Shown: positions 32,344 to 44,493 of the stretch, piece after piece
How positions within the stretch are numbered: the stretch's first letter is position 1
How the letters are laid out: each line of letters begins with the position of its first letter
NCBI GenBank assembly: GCA_965235115.1
Contig: OZ249444.1
Coordinates: 19,096,001-19,160,000, forward strand
Reading direction: 5' to 3'
Origin: Laetmonice hystrix
Lineage: Eukaryota
Length of the DNA: 64,000 bases
Program-made: the position numbers and the translations under genes
Notes under the pieces: generated by a model
What the model was told of the DNA's origin: nothing
The model's input: the letters and a program-made list of their open reading frames with translations, nothing else
Databases searched by the model: none

Positions 32344-32425
32344 TAAACATAATGATGTATATATATGTGATAACGTTCACACATTGACATGTTAATACAC
32401 GTGTTCTCAGCTCTTGATGTTCTGT

Positions 32426-33290
32426 CCTGGTGGCCCGTACCCCTGGGCCTCCTGGTGGCCCGTACCCCTGGGCCTCCTGGTGGCCCGTACCCTGGGCCTC
32501 CTGGTGGCCCGTACCCCTGGGCCTCCTGGTGGCCCGTACCCCTGGGCCTCCTGGTGGCCCGTTCCCCTGGGCCTCCTGGTGGCCCGTACCCCTGGGCCTC
32601 CTGGTGGCCCGTACCCCTGGGCCTCCTGGTGGCCCGTACCCCTGGGCCTCCTGGTGGCCCGTTCCCCTGGGCCTCCTGGTGGCCCGTACCCCTGGGCCTC
32701 CTGGTGGCCCGTACCCCTGGGCCTCCTGGTGGCCCGTACCCCTGGGCCTCCTGGTGGCCCGTACCCCTGGGCCTCCTGGTGGCCCGTACCCCTGGGCCTC
32801 CTGGTGGCCCGTACCTCCTCCTGGTGGCCCGTACCCCTGGGCCTCCTGGTGGCCCGTACCCCTGGGCCTCCTGGTGGCCCGTACCTCCTCCTGGTGGCCC
32901 GTACCCCTGGGCCTCCTGGTGGCCCGTACCCCTGGGCCTCCTGGTGGCCCGTACCCCTGGGCCTCCTGGTGGCCCGTACCCCTGGGCCTCCTGGTGGCCC
33001 GTACCCCTGGACTTCCTGGTGGCCCGTACCCCTGGGCCTCCTGGTGGCCCGTACCCCTGGGCCTCCTGGTGGCCCGTAGCCCTGGGCCTCCTGGTGGCCC
33101 GTACCCCATTGCCTCCTGGTGGCCCGTACCCCTGGGCCTCCTGGTGGCCCGTACCCCTGGACTTCCTGGTGGCCCGTACCCCTGGGCCTCCTGGTGGCCC
33201 GTACCCCTGGGCCTCCTGGTGGCCCGTACCCCTGGGCCTCCTGGTGGCCCGTACCCCTGGGCCTCCTGGTGGCCCGTACCCCTGGACCTC
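32426..33290. repeat. 25-bp GC-rich minisatellite, ~35 copies
   Basis: Unit CCTGGTGGCCCGTACCCCTGGGCCT. Stop-free, so it produces ORFs in all six frames. Confidence 0.97.
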
Positions 33291-33852
33291 CCAGGACCCT
33301 TCCACCCTTACCCCCTCGACGTCCCGTCACCAGTACCCCCACCCCCACGGAGGCCGCTAATTGACGGTCCCACCACAAGAAGTCAGACGCCCTGCCCCCA
33401 CGGCCGAGCTGTAATTCCCGTCATTTGCCCAATTTACCTGAAATTTATCCACCTGACGCAAGGCCGTGCCAGGTGAGAGCAGGTAAAGGACAATGGGAGA
33501 ATGACAAGGTGGTTGTGGGACCTCCAGCCCTCGGGCGCGTGGAGGGGGCGATTGTGGGGGTTGGGACAGGGGGTAGACGGGGGAGGGGCAGGCCCACACA
33601 GTCGGTCGGGTTTCATATACTTGCACTTGACGTCTGTGTGTACTAAATATCCCACCAGCCGCGAACAGAACGGTATGAATAGCTGGTTGAGTTGCACGGT
33701 TTGGCTCTCACTGTAATGACCAATACGTCTGGTCTGCTTTCATCTGCCAGTATGGGTCTTGTTGATGGTATTTCATTTCTCCACCTAAGCAGACCAACCA
33801 ATCAGAAACCTGTAAGTATACTTAATCAAGTTAAGAATTTTCAAGACACTGA

Positions 33853-34075
33853 GGCCTGGAAGTGTGATGTAACACCCCCTGACAGTGTCCTAACTCATAC
33901 CACAGGGATGCATGTTACTATTCGCACATCTGCAGGCCTGCCATCTGTAAGTTTACTTAAGTAAGCTTTACTCAAGTTGAGAATTTCCGAGATGCTGGGG
34001 CCTGGAAGTGTGATGCAACACCCCCTGACAGTGTCCCTGCATGTTACTTTTCGCACATCTGCAGGCCTGCCATCT
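33853..34075. repeat. Imperfect direct duplication (~94 bp and ~77 bp copies)
   Basis: ggcctggaagtgtgatg...cgcacatctgcaggcctgccatct at 33853-33946 and 33999-34075. Confidence 0.85.
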
Positions 34076-36429
34076 TGACGCCTTTATGACTGTTAGGAGT
34101 CGTCTCAATCTATTGATATATCAGATGGACTATGAAAATAGTTCTTGGCACGAACTACTTGTATAAAAAAATTAAATATGTTGTAGACATGACCGTTGGC
34201 CCGATTTCCGTGTGCCTGGTACATTTTAGATTGCAAACAAATTACTCAAATTGGCCAGTACCAGAGCATGCACTTGGGTTCCCCGTAATATGGTTGTCTA
34301 TTTTTTATTTAGAATTTCACCATTCAGTGTTGAATCATGTCGAAAATAATATTTATAAGAGAGTTTAATCACCAAAGCCTCTGCAAAAAATCATCAAGAA
34401 ATTCGTAACTTTGAAATCGGCAATTGGAGATCTAGCAAATGAGTGTTCTCCGCTTTACGATTGTTCTAAGGGACATCAAGAGTAGAATAAATTTGCCACA
34501 ATTATTTGAGTCAGTATTTTGAAATTAGTTATATTACAACAAAGCAGAAGATTTCTGTGTATAACAAAATGTTTATTCCTTTGCGGGCCATAATATACAA
34601 GAGTACAGATATTACACCATTATGGGTTTACATCAGTGCGCCTTGACGGTAAAAATTACATCTCTAAGAAAATGTTAAAATAAGAACAAGGACGTTCTGT
34701 CCCCATGGTATTTGGAATCACTGTGTTCCCGTAAACAGTAAACATTAAAACAAAGCCGTCAGTAACAGCCCATGTACACCGAGTTTATGGGTCCATTAAG
34801 GTGTTTCTTCAGATTCCCCAAACATGATTGAATATCATTATGATAATCAGATTAAAAGGAAATTGCGGATGAACTCGTCAGGGACCAGGATACAGACACG
34901 TCCATGAGTATTCAAGAGAACCGCATAAACGACGAATTAATGACGTTCACAACCCGTTTGAAAATACGCACCATGATACATTATTTGACTGAGCATTATT
35001 ATTATTATGACGGGACCAATAAAAGGTAACATTTTCAGCATTGACTTTTCTCTTTGGCGCTAAGAAAAGGATGACCTCAGAGTGTATAGTATAATGTCTG
35101 CGCCATAGTAAACCTTGATGTAGCACCGACTAGGGTACGTGGGAACAAGGGTCCCCAGCTCCTATCAGGGGAGGCGCCCATATTTTTTAAACAGAGACAG
35201 AAGAAGAACGATATATTCTGAACCCTTCCTAACCAGCAGGTGAAAACGTATACCAATATACACTATAGAACGTAATATATACACTATAGAGATATGGTCT
35301 TATTCAGTTTTTGGCTGCCAAAATATACAAAATATGTCAGCGCCAACAAAAAGGTAACATCAACTCTAGTAAGACCTTCGTATACAGTTTGTTCTGATAT
35401 ATTTTTAATATTATTCTATAACGTCACCTTGGTGAATGGTTTGAGACTCGTATAAAGTATGTACAAGTCAACTCATTGCTGTTGTGTTATACAGTTGTGC
35501 ACCACTCCGGCCTGTTGGTATGCACCAGCACATTGGGTTTACACCCCCCCTCGAAACATCCCATGTAGTGAAAGCATACACTCACGTCTATCCTTTCTGT
35601 TTCTTTGCCCCCTTCTCTTTCATACACCTCTCGCACAAAATAAACTACAATACTACATACAGGCGTCCCCAGGATTCCCAAAGGTATGGTCGAATTTAGG
35701 GGGACACCTGGTCAGCAGAGAACTACTAAATGAAAAATTACGAAAAAATGGTCAGGTCACAACTGGTTGACCCAGGTGTTTTTGTATAAATATATATATA
35801 GTTTTACCCAGGGAGATCGCGATTCAATAGGCCATACAACAAAATTTTATCTTTTGTAAACAACTCGTATTAGTTTCGGCTGTCCTACCCCGCATACGGA
35901 AAATGCTGAATGCCGTATAAGTTTATTGTATATCTAAAACTTTGCAGATCAGCATCCTCATGATATTGCACTATATTATGCACTTCAAAGTCTGAGATCG
36001 TCACACAGGCTGTCCTCGAGTGACACCCAGCTTTTAACACTGTCAAGATGTTGTAACGATGGCTACAGTGACTGCAACAGATCTAAGACTGGCTCAATCT
36101 GTATGAGACCAATGCTAATCAGTGGGATAGAAATCCTGGTCACTGTTAGCGTCTCCTGTCCTGGCACACGACATGAAATATATGGTTATGGAAATAACAC
36201 ACCCGCAGTGTGATGGAGTAACACTACATAATTCAATATTTAGTGTATATTATACAGTGACACTACATGGGAGTCTTTATATATACAGCTCTTTTACTAC
36301 GTTTAAGCATTTTTTCTGTTCAGAAAATAACAGGTATACTCTGGTGCAAGGAGGCAGTCAACATGCCTAGGCCTACACCTATTTGTGAGTGTTGACCTCA
36401 GACACGAAATCGTCCCCTCCAGAAAATCT

Positions 36430-36435
36430 TTTATT
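36430..36435 (-). terminator. Candidate Arx polyadenylation signal AATAAA (~770 nt past the stop)
   Basis: tttatt on the plus strand. Further candidates lie more distally. Confidence 0.25.
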
Positions 36436-37208
36436 CATATAAAGATCTAGCTCAACCATCCCATATTAAGTCATTGGGGGACATAGCACAGACTACTTAA
36501 AGCACCAATGTCCTTCGTACCGATTCTCAGGTCCAGGGTTGTATTCTATGTACAACAGACCATGAAGTTCATTTAACCAATTATCTTTTATCCCTTCTAT
36601 GGGGGAATTATACCTGGAAACTACGTTTGAATGTATAAACTACTCAAACGTATGCTTTCGTCATGCCCTTGTAACCGAAGGTGCCATTTCTATAGTTTGT
36701 TACACTGATTGCACAAAAAAACAATAACATATGGTGTAACAAACATCTAGAGACCAAATTCTTTTGCTCTAATGCCATAAAAGCGGACTCAGTAGCAGCT
36801 TCCCACGATAGAGTATAGGCAATATAAATAGATGCTAGCTTTTGCATTCTAACTGACTTTCTGAGTTAATGCATATGATCGATCAGAAGGGACTTGTCCG
36901 TTTTTGGTTTCCATGTGGAATATGGTACCGCTCGTGGTGCGTTTCACAACAATCGTAACCCTGTCGTGCGTAAAAATCCTCATTGAAAATACATTGGTGT
37001 TTACGATACGACAAGCTAACGACAGGTTGAGAAACGCACAACTGGGGGCTACTACAACCGGATGAAAATAATATGACGATTACTGTCTTGTCCAGTAAGG
37101 TTTTGAAAACTAGGAATAGCAATCTATCCTAATATCCTGATATAATACGCGCTATACAAATGTAACGACCCACCTACTTAATCATCATTAGTATTACGTC
37201 ACTTTTTG

Positions 37209-37907
37209 CTAATAAACAATGCCATTGGACTTTTGCCCCATTTGAAGCTTCATTTCGTACTCCCGTGCTTTCATCCTGAGTACAGCTATACTGGAGGATC
37301 GTCTGTCCTGCTCCACGGGCGACAAGTTACCGGCGAGTATGGGACCTGGCGTCCCGGACTGCCGTGGTGACGACGGTACGGACGCTGGTGGTGACGGTGT
37401 CGACGTCTGCTCGCTTCGTGACGTCTGCACATGTAACGGCGCATGCGCGTGTGTCGGGACGTGAATATGCGCATGCGCGTGCTTTGCCTTAGCTGCTGCT
37501 GACGTCATGCTCGCAAGTAAATGTTGGAACGACCCCGGTGGCGCTGGAGGTCCATGGCCTTGAAACGTTGTCATGCCAACGGAAGCAGCGTAAGGTCCTA
37601 GTCCTCCTGCCTGAAGGGCACTTAGTGGTGCCATGCCGACGCCCACACCTAAGCCCATGGCTGCAGGCGAGTAAAGCGTCGTTGCAATAGCCGGGATCGG
37701 GGAATGTGACGTCGTGAAACGTTGAGCTATGTGATTCTCGTACGATTTGAGCAATAGGTCTGTGTACGTCTGCTGATGCTGCTGCTGTTGTTGCTGGTGC
37801 ATGCGGGCAGCTAGGGAAAGAGTGTTCTGGTAAGGGTTGTAGGGGTGTGCCTGCGGTCCAACTTTCTCTTTCTTTCTCCATTTAGCACGGCGATTCTGGA
37901 ACCATAC
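37209..37907 (-). CDS. ARX: Arx last exon: helix 3 ([12 protein letters not shown]), Gln-rich segment, OAR domain, stop
   Basis: Acceptor tcttgtctttcag| at 37908. The 699-nt open frame includes ORF 37209..37802. Confidence 0.95.
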   Translation of the reverse strand, partial: VWFQNRRAKWRKKEKVGPQAHPYNPYQNTLSLAARMHQQQQQQHQQTYTDLLLKSYENHIAQRFTTSHSPIPAIATTLYSPAAMGLGVGVGMAPLSALQAGGLGPYAASVGMTTFQGHGPPAPPGSFQHLLASMTSAAAKAKHAHAHIHVPTHAHAPLHVQTSRSEQTSTPSPPASVPSSPRQSGTPGPILAGNLSPVEQDRRSSSIAVLRMKAREYEMKLQMGQKSNGIVY

Positions 37908-40900
37908 CTGAAAGACAAGAACAAAACAAGTTTACCATGTTGGCTTGGATAAGAATAAACCCATTTCCAAGTACTTTGCCGAGTGATTGCACTAAGTGTT
38001 CTTGGTTGCCTTAGAACCTGATAGAGATCATGAAGATAGGACGGTATACATGCCTGACCCAAGAGAAAAAGCAATCATTTTCTCTTTACTTTTTTCTCTA
38101 CTTGGTGACCTTTTATGCAATGCAATTTGCTAGCGTACTCTCCTCTGTGGCTCCTTATTTCATTTGAGAAATATCTACATGGATCCAAGCTTTGATCTAA
38201 AAGTCTCTCACGCTCCACGACCACCCAAGTAGAAAGAACGTTTTTACTCAGGCTTAGAGTTCAGATCCATTTTGTGTCGAAATTAACAGTGGAACACGAG
38301 GCGATACAACTACGGATCCAATCCGTGAGGTTACCTCGTAATAACATAGTGGGTGCAATGTTTAATCTGGCCTTATATCTATAATAGGCCCTGTGTAGCT
38401 CTAGCTTCATCATTACATAGGCACCCAGTGGTGACAATTCCTATTGGAATCGCCTTAATCCTACATAACTCCTTAGATACACAGCAGACACTGTAATCTC
38501 ACTCCTTTATTTGAAGTTGTATTACTAAGGTAAACAACCAACGATGTTATGAGGATCGCACCGAAACGAAGCCGGCTGCACTGACTCGCCCTCATTTCAG
38601 CCTCTGACAGTCGTGTTCGTCTGCCTCGGAGTTTGAGACGCGCGCGTGATTCAAGGGGACGGCAAACGAACGCTGAACCCTCTGCTGGTATTTAATTTCG
38701 CTGTGTAACAAGGTTGTGGTTCGTATGGTGTGAGCAGCCCTCTTTGACAACAGTAAAAGTGTACGGAACTGTGAGCAGATATACACACAGCGGCCATTCA
38801 TGCTCTTGGATCCATACCGAGTGAAAAGAGAGCGCAAATGAAATGTTTGACCAAGAAGTGGTACTTTTGCCCGCGTTCTGCGCCTGCAGACCGCTGTTTT
38901 CACGGAGCTAATAGAGTTTGCACATGGGGTATAATGTATTCGAAATTGGATTACAAAGCTCTAAATAGTAAGAGTGTTTGAGCCAATTAGGCCCAGACAT
39001 TACAGGACAAATGTTTAGGTTGCGAATTTCTTTGCGTTGCACTGTGAGAGTGATAATTACAAAATTGAGTGTAATTTACAAAGGCTGCCCGATGGCAAAA
39101 GATACAACGCCGATGGAAAATACTTGTTGCCCGCACGCATGTGATGTTGTGTTCATTGAACTTGACAGCCTCAGGGTCGCAGCCGAAAGTTAAAAAAAGC
39201 TTTGACTTTCCGAATGAAGCAAAAGAAAATGCTAAAAAGGGCTTTGTTTACTCGGCATTAGGCATACATTAACCAACAGGTAGTCAATGTGAGGACCAGT
39301 TAAAGCCTATATATAGTTGTCATAGAGTATGTTAGTGGAGGAGAATTACTGAAATGAAATTTACAAAACGACGGAAAATGGGACTATTATGGGATATATG
39401 CCGTCAGTGTATGAACGCATACAATGGATGAACGCGTACACGTCAAATATTTACCAGACGACAATTACCGTCGCGTTTATGCCCCTATTATCGTTCACGT
39501 TTGCGGCGTAATTGGACTAATTTCCTGCCCCACAGAGCCCCTTCCATGAGATGTCAGTAATAAGAGTGTTTGAAATCAAAATCTAGTCAACGACCATGCT
39601 TTAAGTGACCTGTGTGGGTGCGTGTGTGTGTCAGGGTGCAGGCTAGCCTGGCTAGGCCTGGTTGGGTGTAGGGTACATGGCGTACACCCAATTAAGAGTT
39701 GGTATAGTTTGGCCATGAAACATTACAAAATGATGAAGCGAAGTAATGCTACTTTCAAAAGCCCAACTCCATCGAACGTATCCCCAAGTATCCCCTCGCC
39801 ACCCCTCACCGGGCCATGCAGTCTGACCCAAGATCAACGTCAGTGTGTGGATTTTGTATGGTAAGATGGCTGCGTCCACTACTTTAGAGCGTCCACTACT
39901 TTAGAGCGTTTTATGGATTGAAAATCACAATTGTCAGAATGAATTAAAACGGAAGGGATAATATTAACATTACAGTCGTCACATTTGATAGGTAAGTTAG
40001 ATCTTATAATTAATTAACACCAACCCACCTGTACTCTGGCTTCTGTCAGATTGATCCTCATGGCTAACTCCTCCCTGAAACAAAAACAACATCACATTGA
40101 GAGAGAAATCTAAACCGGGAGAAACATATTATACCATTGTATAGAAAAGTTTCCTTGCCATTTTACTTGGATTACAAATAGGTCTACCTCAGAATAAATC
40201 TTAGTAATGTTTGATGGTGGAAGGTTTCTTAACATTATATCTTTAAAATAGGTTCACAATTATTAATAACCCCAACATTTGGCGGTTACTTCAGTGTTGA
40301 GCCGCATCAACATTCATAACATGATCCCTATGTCATCGGCTTCGGCATAAATTAACTTTTTAATATGTTATTCATATTTTTTTAAGAATATTGTGAGGGT
40401 CACTTGATACTGATAGTTCTTCTATAGTATGTATCAAATGTAAAAAGAATGAAGATTTAATTTGTTAACTGTGACAATCGTCTTTCATTTCTGGTCACAA
40501 TATACATAGACAAGACAAGGCCTTGTCTATGGGTGGTTTTATTTCTGGTCACATTATACATAGACAAGACAAGGCCTTGTCTATGGGTGGTTTTATTTCT
40601 GGTCACATTATACATAGACAAGACAAGGCCTTGTCTATGGGTGGTTTTATTTCTGGTCACATTATACATAGACAAGACAAGGCCTTGTCTATGGGTGGTT
40701 TTATTTCTGGTCACATTATACATAGACAAGACAAGGCCTTGTCTATGGGCGGTAGGTTTTATTTCTGGTCGCATTATACATAGACAAGACAAGGCCTTGT
40801 CTATGGGCGGTTTTATTTCTGGTCACATTATACATAGACAAGACAAGGCCTTGTCTATGGGCGGTAGGTTTTATTTCTGGTCACATTATACATAGACAAG

Positions 40901-43900
40901 ACAAGGCCTTGTCTATGGGCGGTAGGTTTTATTTCTGGTCACATTATACATAGACAAGACAAGGCCTTGTCTATGGGCGGTAGGTTTTATTTCTGGTCAC
41001 ATTATACATAGACAAGACAAGGCCTTGTCTATGGGCGGTAGGTTTTATTTCTGGTCACATTATACATAGACAAGACAAGGCCTTGTCTATGGGCGGTAGG
41101 CTTTTTCAGCGCTTGCATATGGTGCTTTAAGTGGCAAACGTTGCGCAGCAAAGGTATGATAATATTTGACAGAAGCCACAAAGGCACTGGGAGCGTCTTG
41201 CCCCGGCTGTGACCCGCAGAGGGGTGGCGGGGTTTGACTTCTACCCCGGGGGTACTCTTCCTCAGACCCCATCCGCACGCCAAGACCTCTGACCGCCGTC
41301 TCCGACGTCCCATCGTTTGATAAAAATCAGCAGAAATTCGTCAAAATTAAGATAGCGATCAGGGGTAACCTGGCATTGTTAGCTGGCCGCCCGTGGCCCA
41401 GCGTTTCGTTCTAATCGCAGGGGGCCGTCTCATGATTCACATGTAATTTGTGTTCAGTCTCGTCTCGGCGTAAATCACGCGCTGGCGGCGAGAACTGTCG
41501 TCACGAGGTGGCGCTGTGAGACGCCATGAGGAGGTTACCTGAGACCGCGCGATGACGAGCAGGTGTTGCGCCAAAGATGAGCCCCGCGTTCTTCCCTCCC
41601 CATCGCCACATGGCCGCCATCTTTAATCCCCCCTACACCCACACACTGGCTGACCGCCCCGTACCTCTCCATCACGTCGTGTTCAAGTACTCATTGTCAC
41701 AGTCACACCGACCCCCGCTCCGTTCTCTTGACGACTTAATAGCGCGTTTTATTCGACGCTATCGAGACGCCGATTCATGCAGCTGACACCTTGGCGTTGA
41801 GATGTTATGCAGATTAGATTATCCCTGTTGCCGTATGAATTACCAATAAATTCTCCATTGTCCTGCTTGTTGAGGAGAGATTAATGACCTACAGCTTTGA
41901 AGCTCCGACAAAGACTCTTGTCTCGTCGCTGACAGTCAGGTTTCATGGAAATCAACAATAGAATCTGTAACAACCTGAATTCTTGTTTTAATCTATGGTT
42001 AACATAGAAGACGGTCACAAACCTTTCATTCAGTCTTGTGCTATGGTCTTTACTTTCTTAGCGTTTGATTTGTTTTTAATAAATCATATTTCTATGTTTG
42101 CATGGCTCTCCCTGCATAACAACGTTGACGAAATCATAATAACGAAAGAGACCACACGCAGACCATTGTATAACTTAGGGTCAACTGGATGGTACCATTT
42201 CTGAGTGAGACCCCCCCCCCCCTTCTCCGATATCTTCATCAAATTTACATAATACCCCTCCCTCCCCAAACCGACCTGCCCCCTTTTGAATTTGTACTTA
42301 GGAGATTTTACCTCAGGTGACGTGTTAGCACTTCATAAAGTCACTGTCTCATTGAAGTATACGTATAAACAGAAACTGCATACGGTAAGATTGTGTATAA
42401 TATGCACAAGTATAAAGACAATGTTACCGCGGGCGTATTGCCATTAATTTATCTTCCTGTAGACCTTCATTAAAGTACCAACTGTACATGCTATCAATAA
42501 GATCTTTTTTATTTTAATTTATTTTTTTGAAAATGTAATTGGGCGGAGAGAAGTCGAAGACAGATCAATTTCGGTGACATGAAGACCTCTTGAGTCGACT
42601 TCCGACCACCCAGGGTGGTCCAGGTGCGAGGGAAAGACAAGTTTGACTTTCTCAAGTCGCTTGGAACAATGCGTGTCGCAGACGAACAAAATGTCCTCTG
42701 TCTGGGCCCGCCCTTTTACGTAACCGCTGAGTTGTCACATGGTGACGGCTCTAGTAGAGAAAGAAGTCACTACCGTCGGTCAGGATATCGGTGGTAACGC
42801 TTTGTTCTTATTGTGGGATCTATTCTCGAGATTTAGAAAATACCTATGTATACATGTAGGGAGTTGGCGTGCCCATTACGATGTGTGTACTTTAAGTTTA
42901 ACTGGCTTTACGGATACTAGATTACTAAATGGAGAGGCGAAGCTTTTTCAAGTTCGGCAGAGCAGACACAATGTACATTTTAACAGAAGGTCAATACAGG
43001 TTTAGCATGCATTCAATCTATAACCACGAAATTTTAGGAATTGACTTCACGAAAAAGGAAATTGGAAAGCCCCCCCCCCCCCTCCAGTAAATGACGTACC
43101 ATTTCGAGTATGTGTTTGAAATCATGGGTGCGTACTCAAATCATAATGATATAATGAGAAGTTCCCTGGACGCCTTATTGTAGCTCATTAGGTCGTTCAT
43201 AATTGAAAACATTAAGTTCAATAACATCTTAATACATGTATGCCTATAGATACGAGTCGGTGTGAACGCGTTAGACTGTCGCAACAAACAATCCTAAATG
43301 AAAAAGAGTTATGTAAATACCATCGTGTTCCACGCGGGTCGAAGTCTCCACGTCAGATTTCTAAGTCATTAAAAGGGATATTAATGTGTGTAACTTATAT
43401 TTCATGGTATTATCTGAATTACCATTAAGACCGCAGCCGGGAGCGATGAGATTGAGAACGTTAATTAGGTAGATACGACCATAAAGCCGCCACATTGACC
43501 CGTACAGGCACGGACGGGAGACGCCATGACGCTGCGTCCGACATCTTGTGACGTTCGCGCGCTGGTGCCCGCCGCCGGCCACGTAATGAGTCGACGACTG
43601 CCCTGGCAGGTGAACATGCGCGGCACGATGAGAACTGCCGGGGGCACTTTTCACCTACCTGCTAATTAACGACTTCTTTGTCTTAATTCCAATTTCCCTT
43701 ATGGTCAGGTGCATAATGGTAGGTACTCGAGATTTTACAGTAGATGCCCTTTGAGAAGTATACGCGATTTTTTGTGAGGGCCAATTAAGGATCGTCCAAA
43801 TTCGACGTAACCCATTGGCGTGTCTTTTGACACGTTTCTTCGTAGAACAGGGACTCTTTATAGCGTATACTAAGGTATTTTGAGATTTGACGTGCCATAG

Positions 43901-44431
43901 ATTTTGCTTACTTTATTATGAGATCTTACAGCAGCTTCACCTGTTCTCAACATCGTAAAGTGTTTAATGGCACGTTAAGCCCCTCGTTCATTCATGAATA
44001 ATTGATTACGCCAGTGTCATCGCGTCATACCAGGAGCAGACGGTAATTTGCACAGAGATGGCTCCATTCTCCGTGGACGAAATAACTGAAACACTCAAGG
44101 GAAACCACCGGGAATTTGTTACATGCATGGCAACTAGGTTACCAGAGTATACTTCAACGAATAGACTTCTATAGGCCCATAAAGTCTAGGCCTACGATTT
44201 ACAGGGGCAAGAACAGTGGAGAGTACCCTATTATACCGAAGTGTACTATTTGTGGTATTAGAGGAAGTGGCGAGGCTTACGGGAGATGAATTGTCTGCTA
44301 AATTGTCAAACTCCTCCGAAATAGACTGAAGATTATTGTTCGGAAACCAGCGTTTCCGACTACACTGAGCCCCACCCGGGCAAGGAAATTGCATTTCCTC
44401 TCCGGTGACGAGACGTGAAGCTGAGAACAAG

Positions 44432-44493
<62 letters not shown>

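Noticed and set aside
32195-33476. Six to seven overlapping 220-350 aa ORFs with collagen-, annexin- or galectin-like GPPGGPYP text
   Set aside because: They come from a stop-free 25-bp unit (not a multiple of 3) that opens all six frames. There is no Gly-X-Y periodicity and no splice context.
34844-34854. Paired-class P3 dimer site TAATCAGATTA (also TAATGAAATTA at 54331-54341) as Arx autoregulation
   Set aside because: TAATNNNATTA is expected roughly 4 times by chance in 64 kb of AT-rich DNA, so two occurrences are not enriched.
40483-41100. CRISPR-like appearance of palindromic direct repeats
   Set aside because: The units are contiguous with no unique spacers, there are no cas genes, and the context is a eukaryotic intron.
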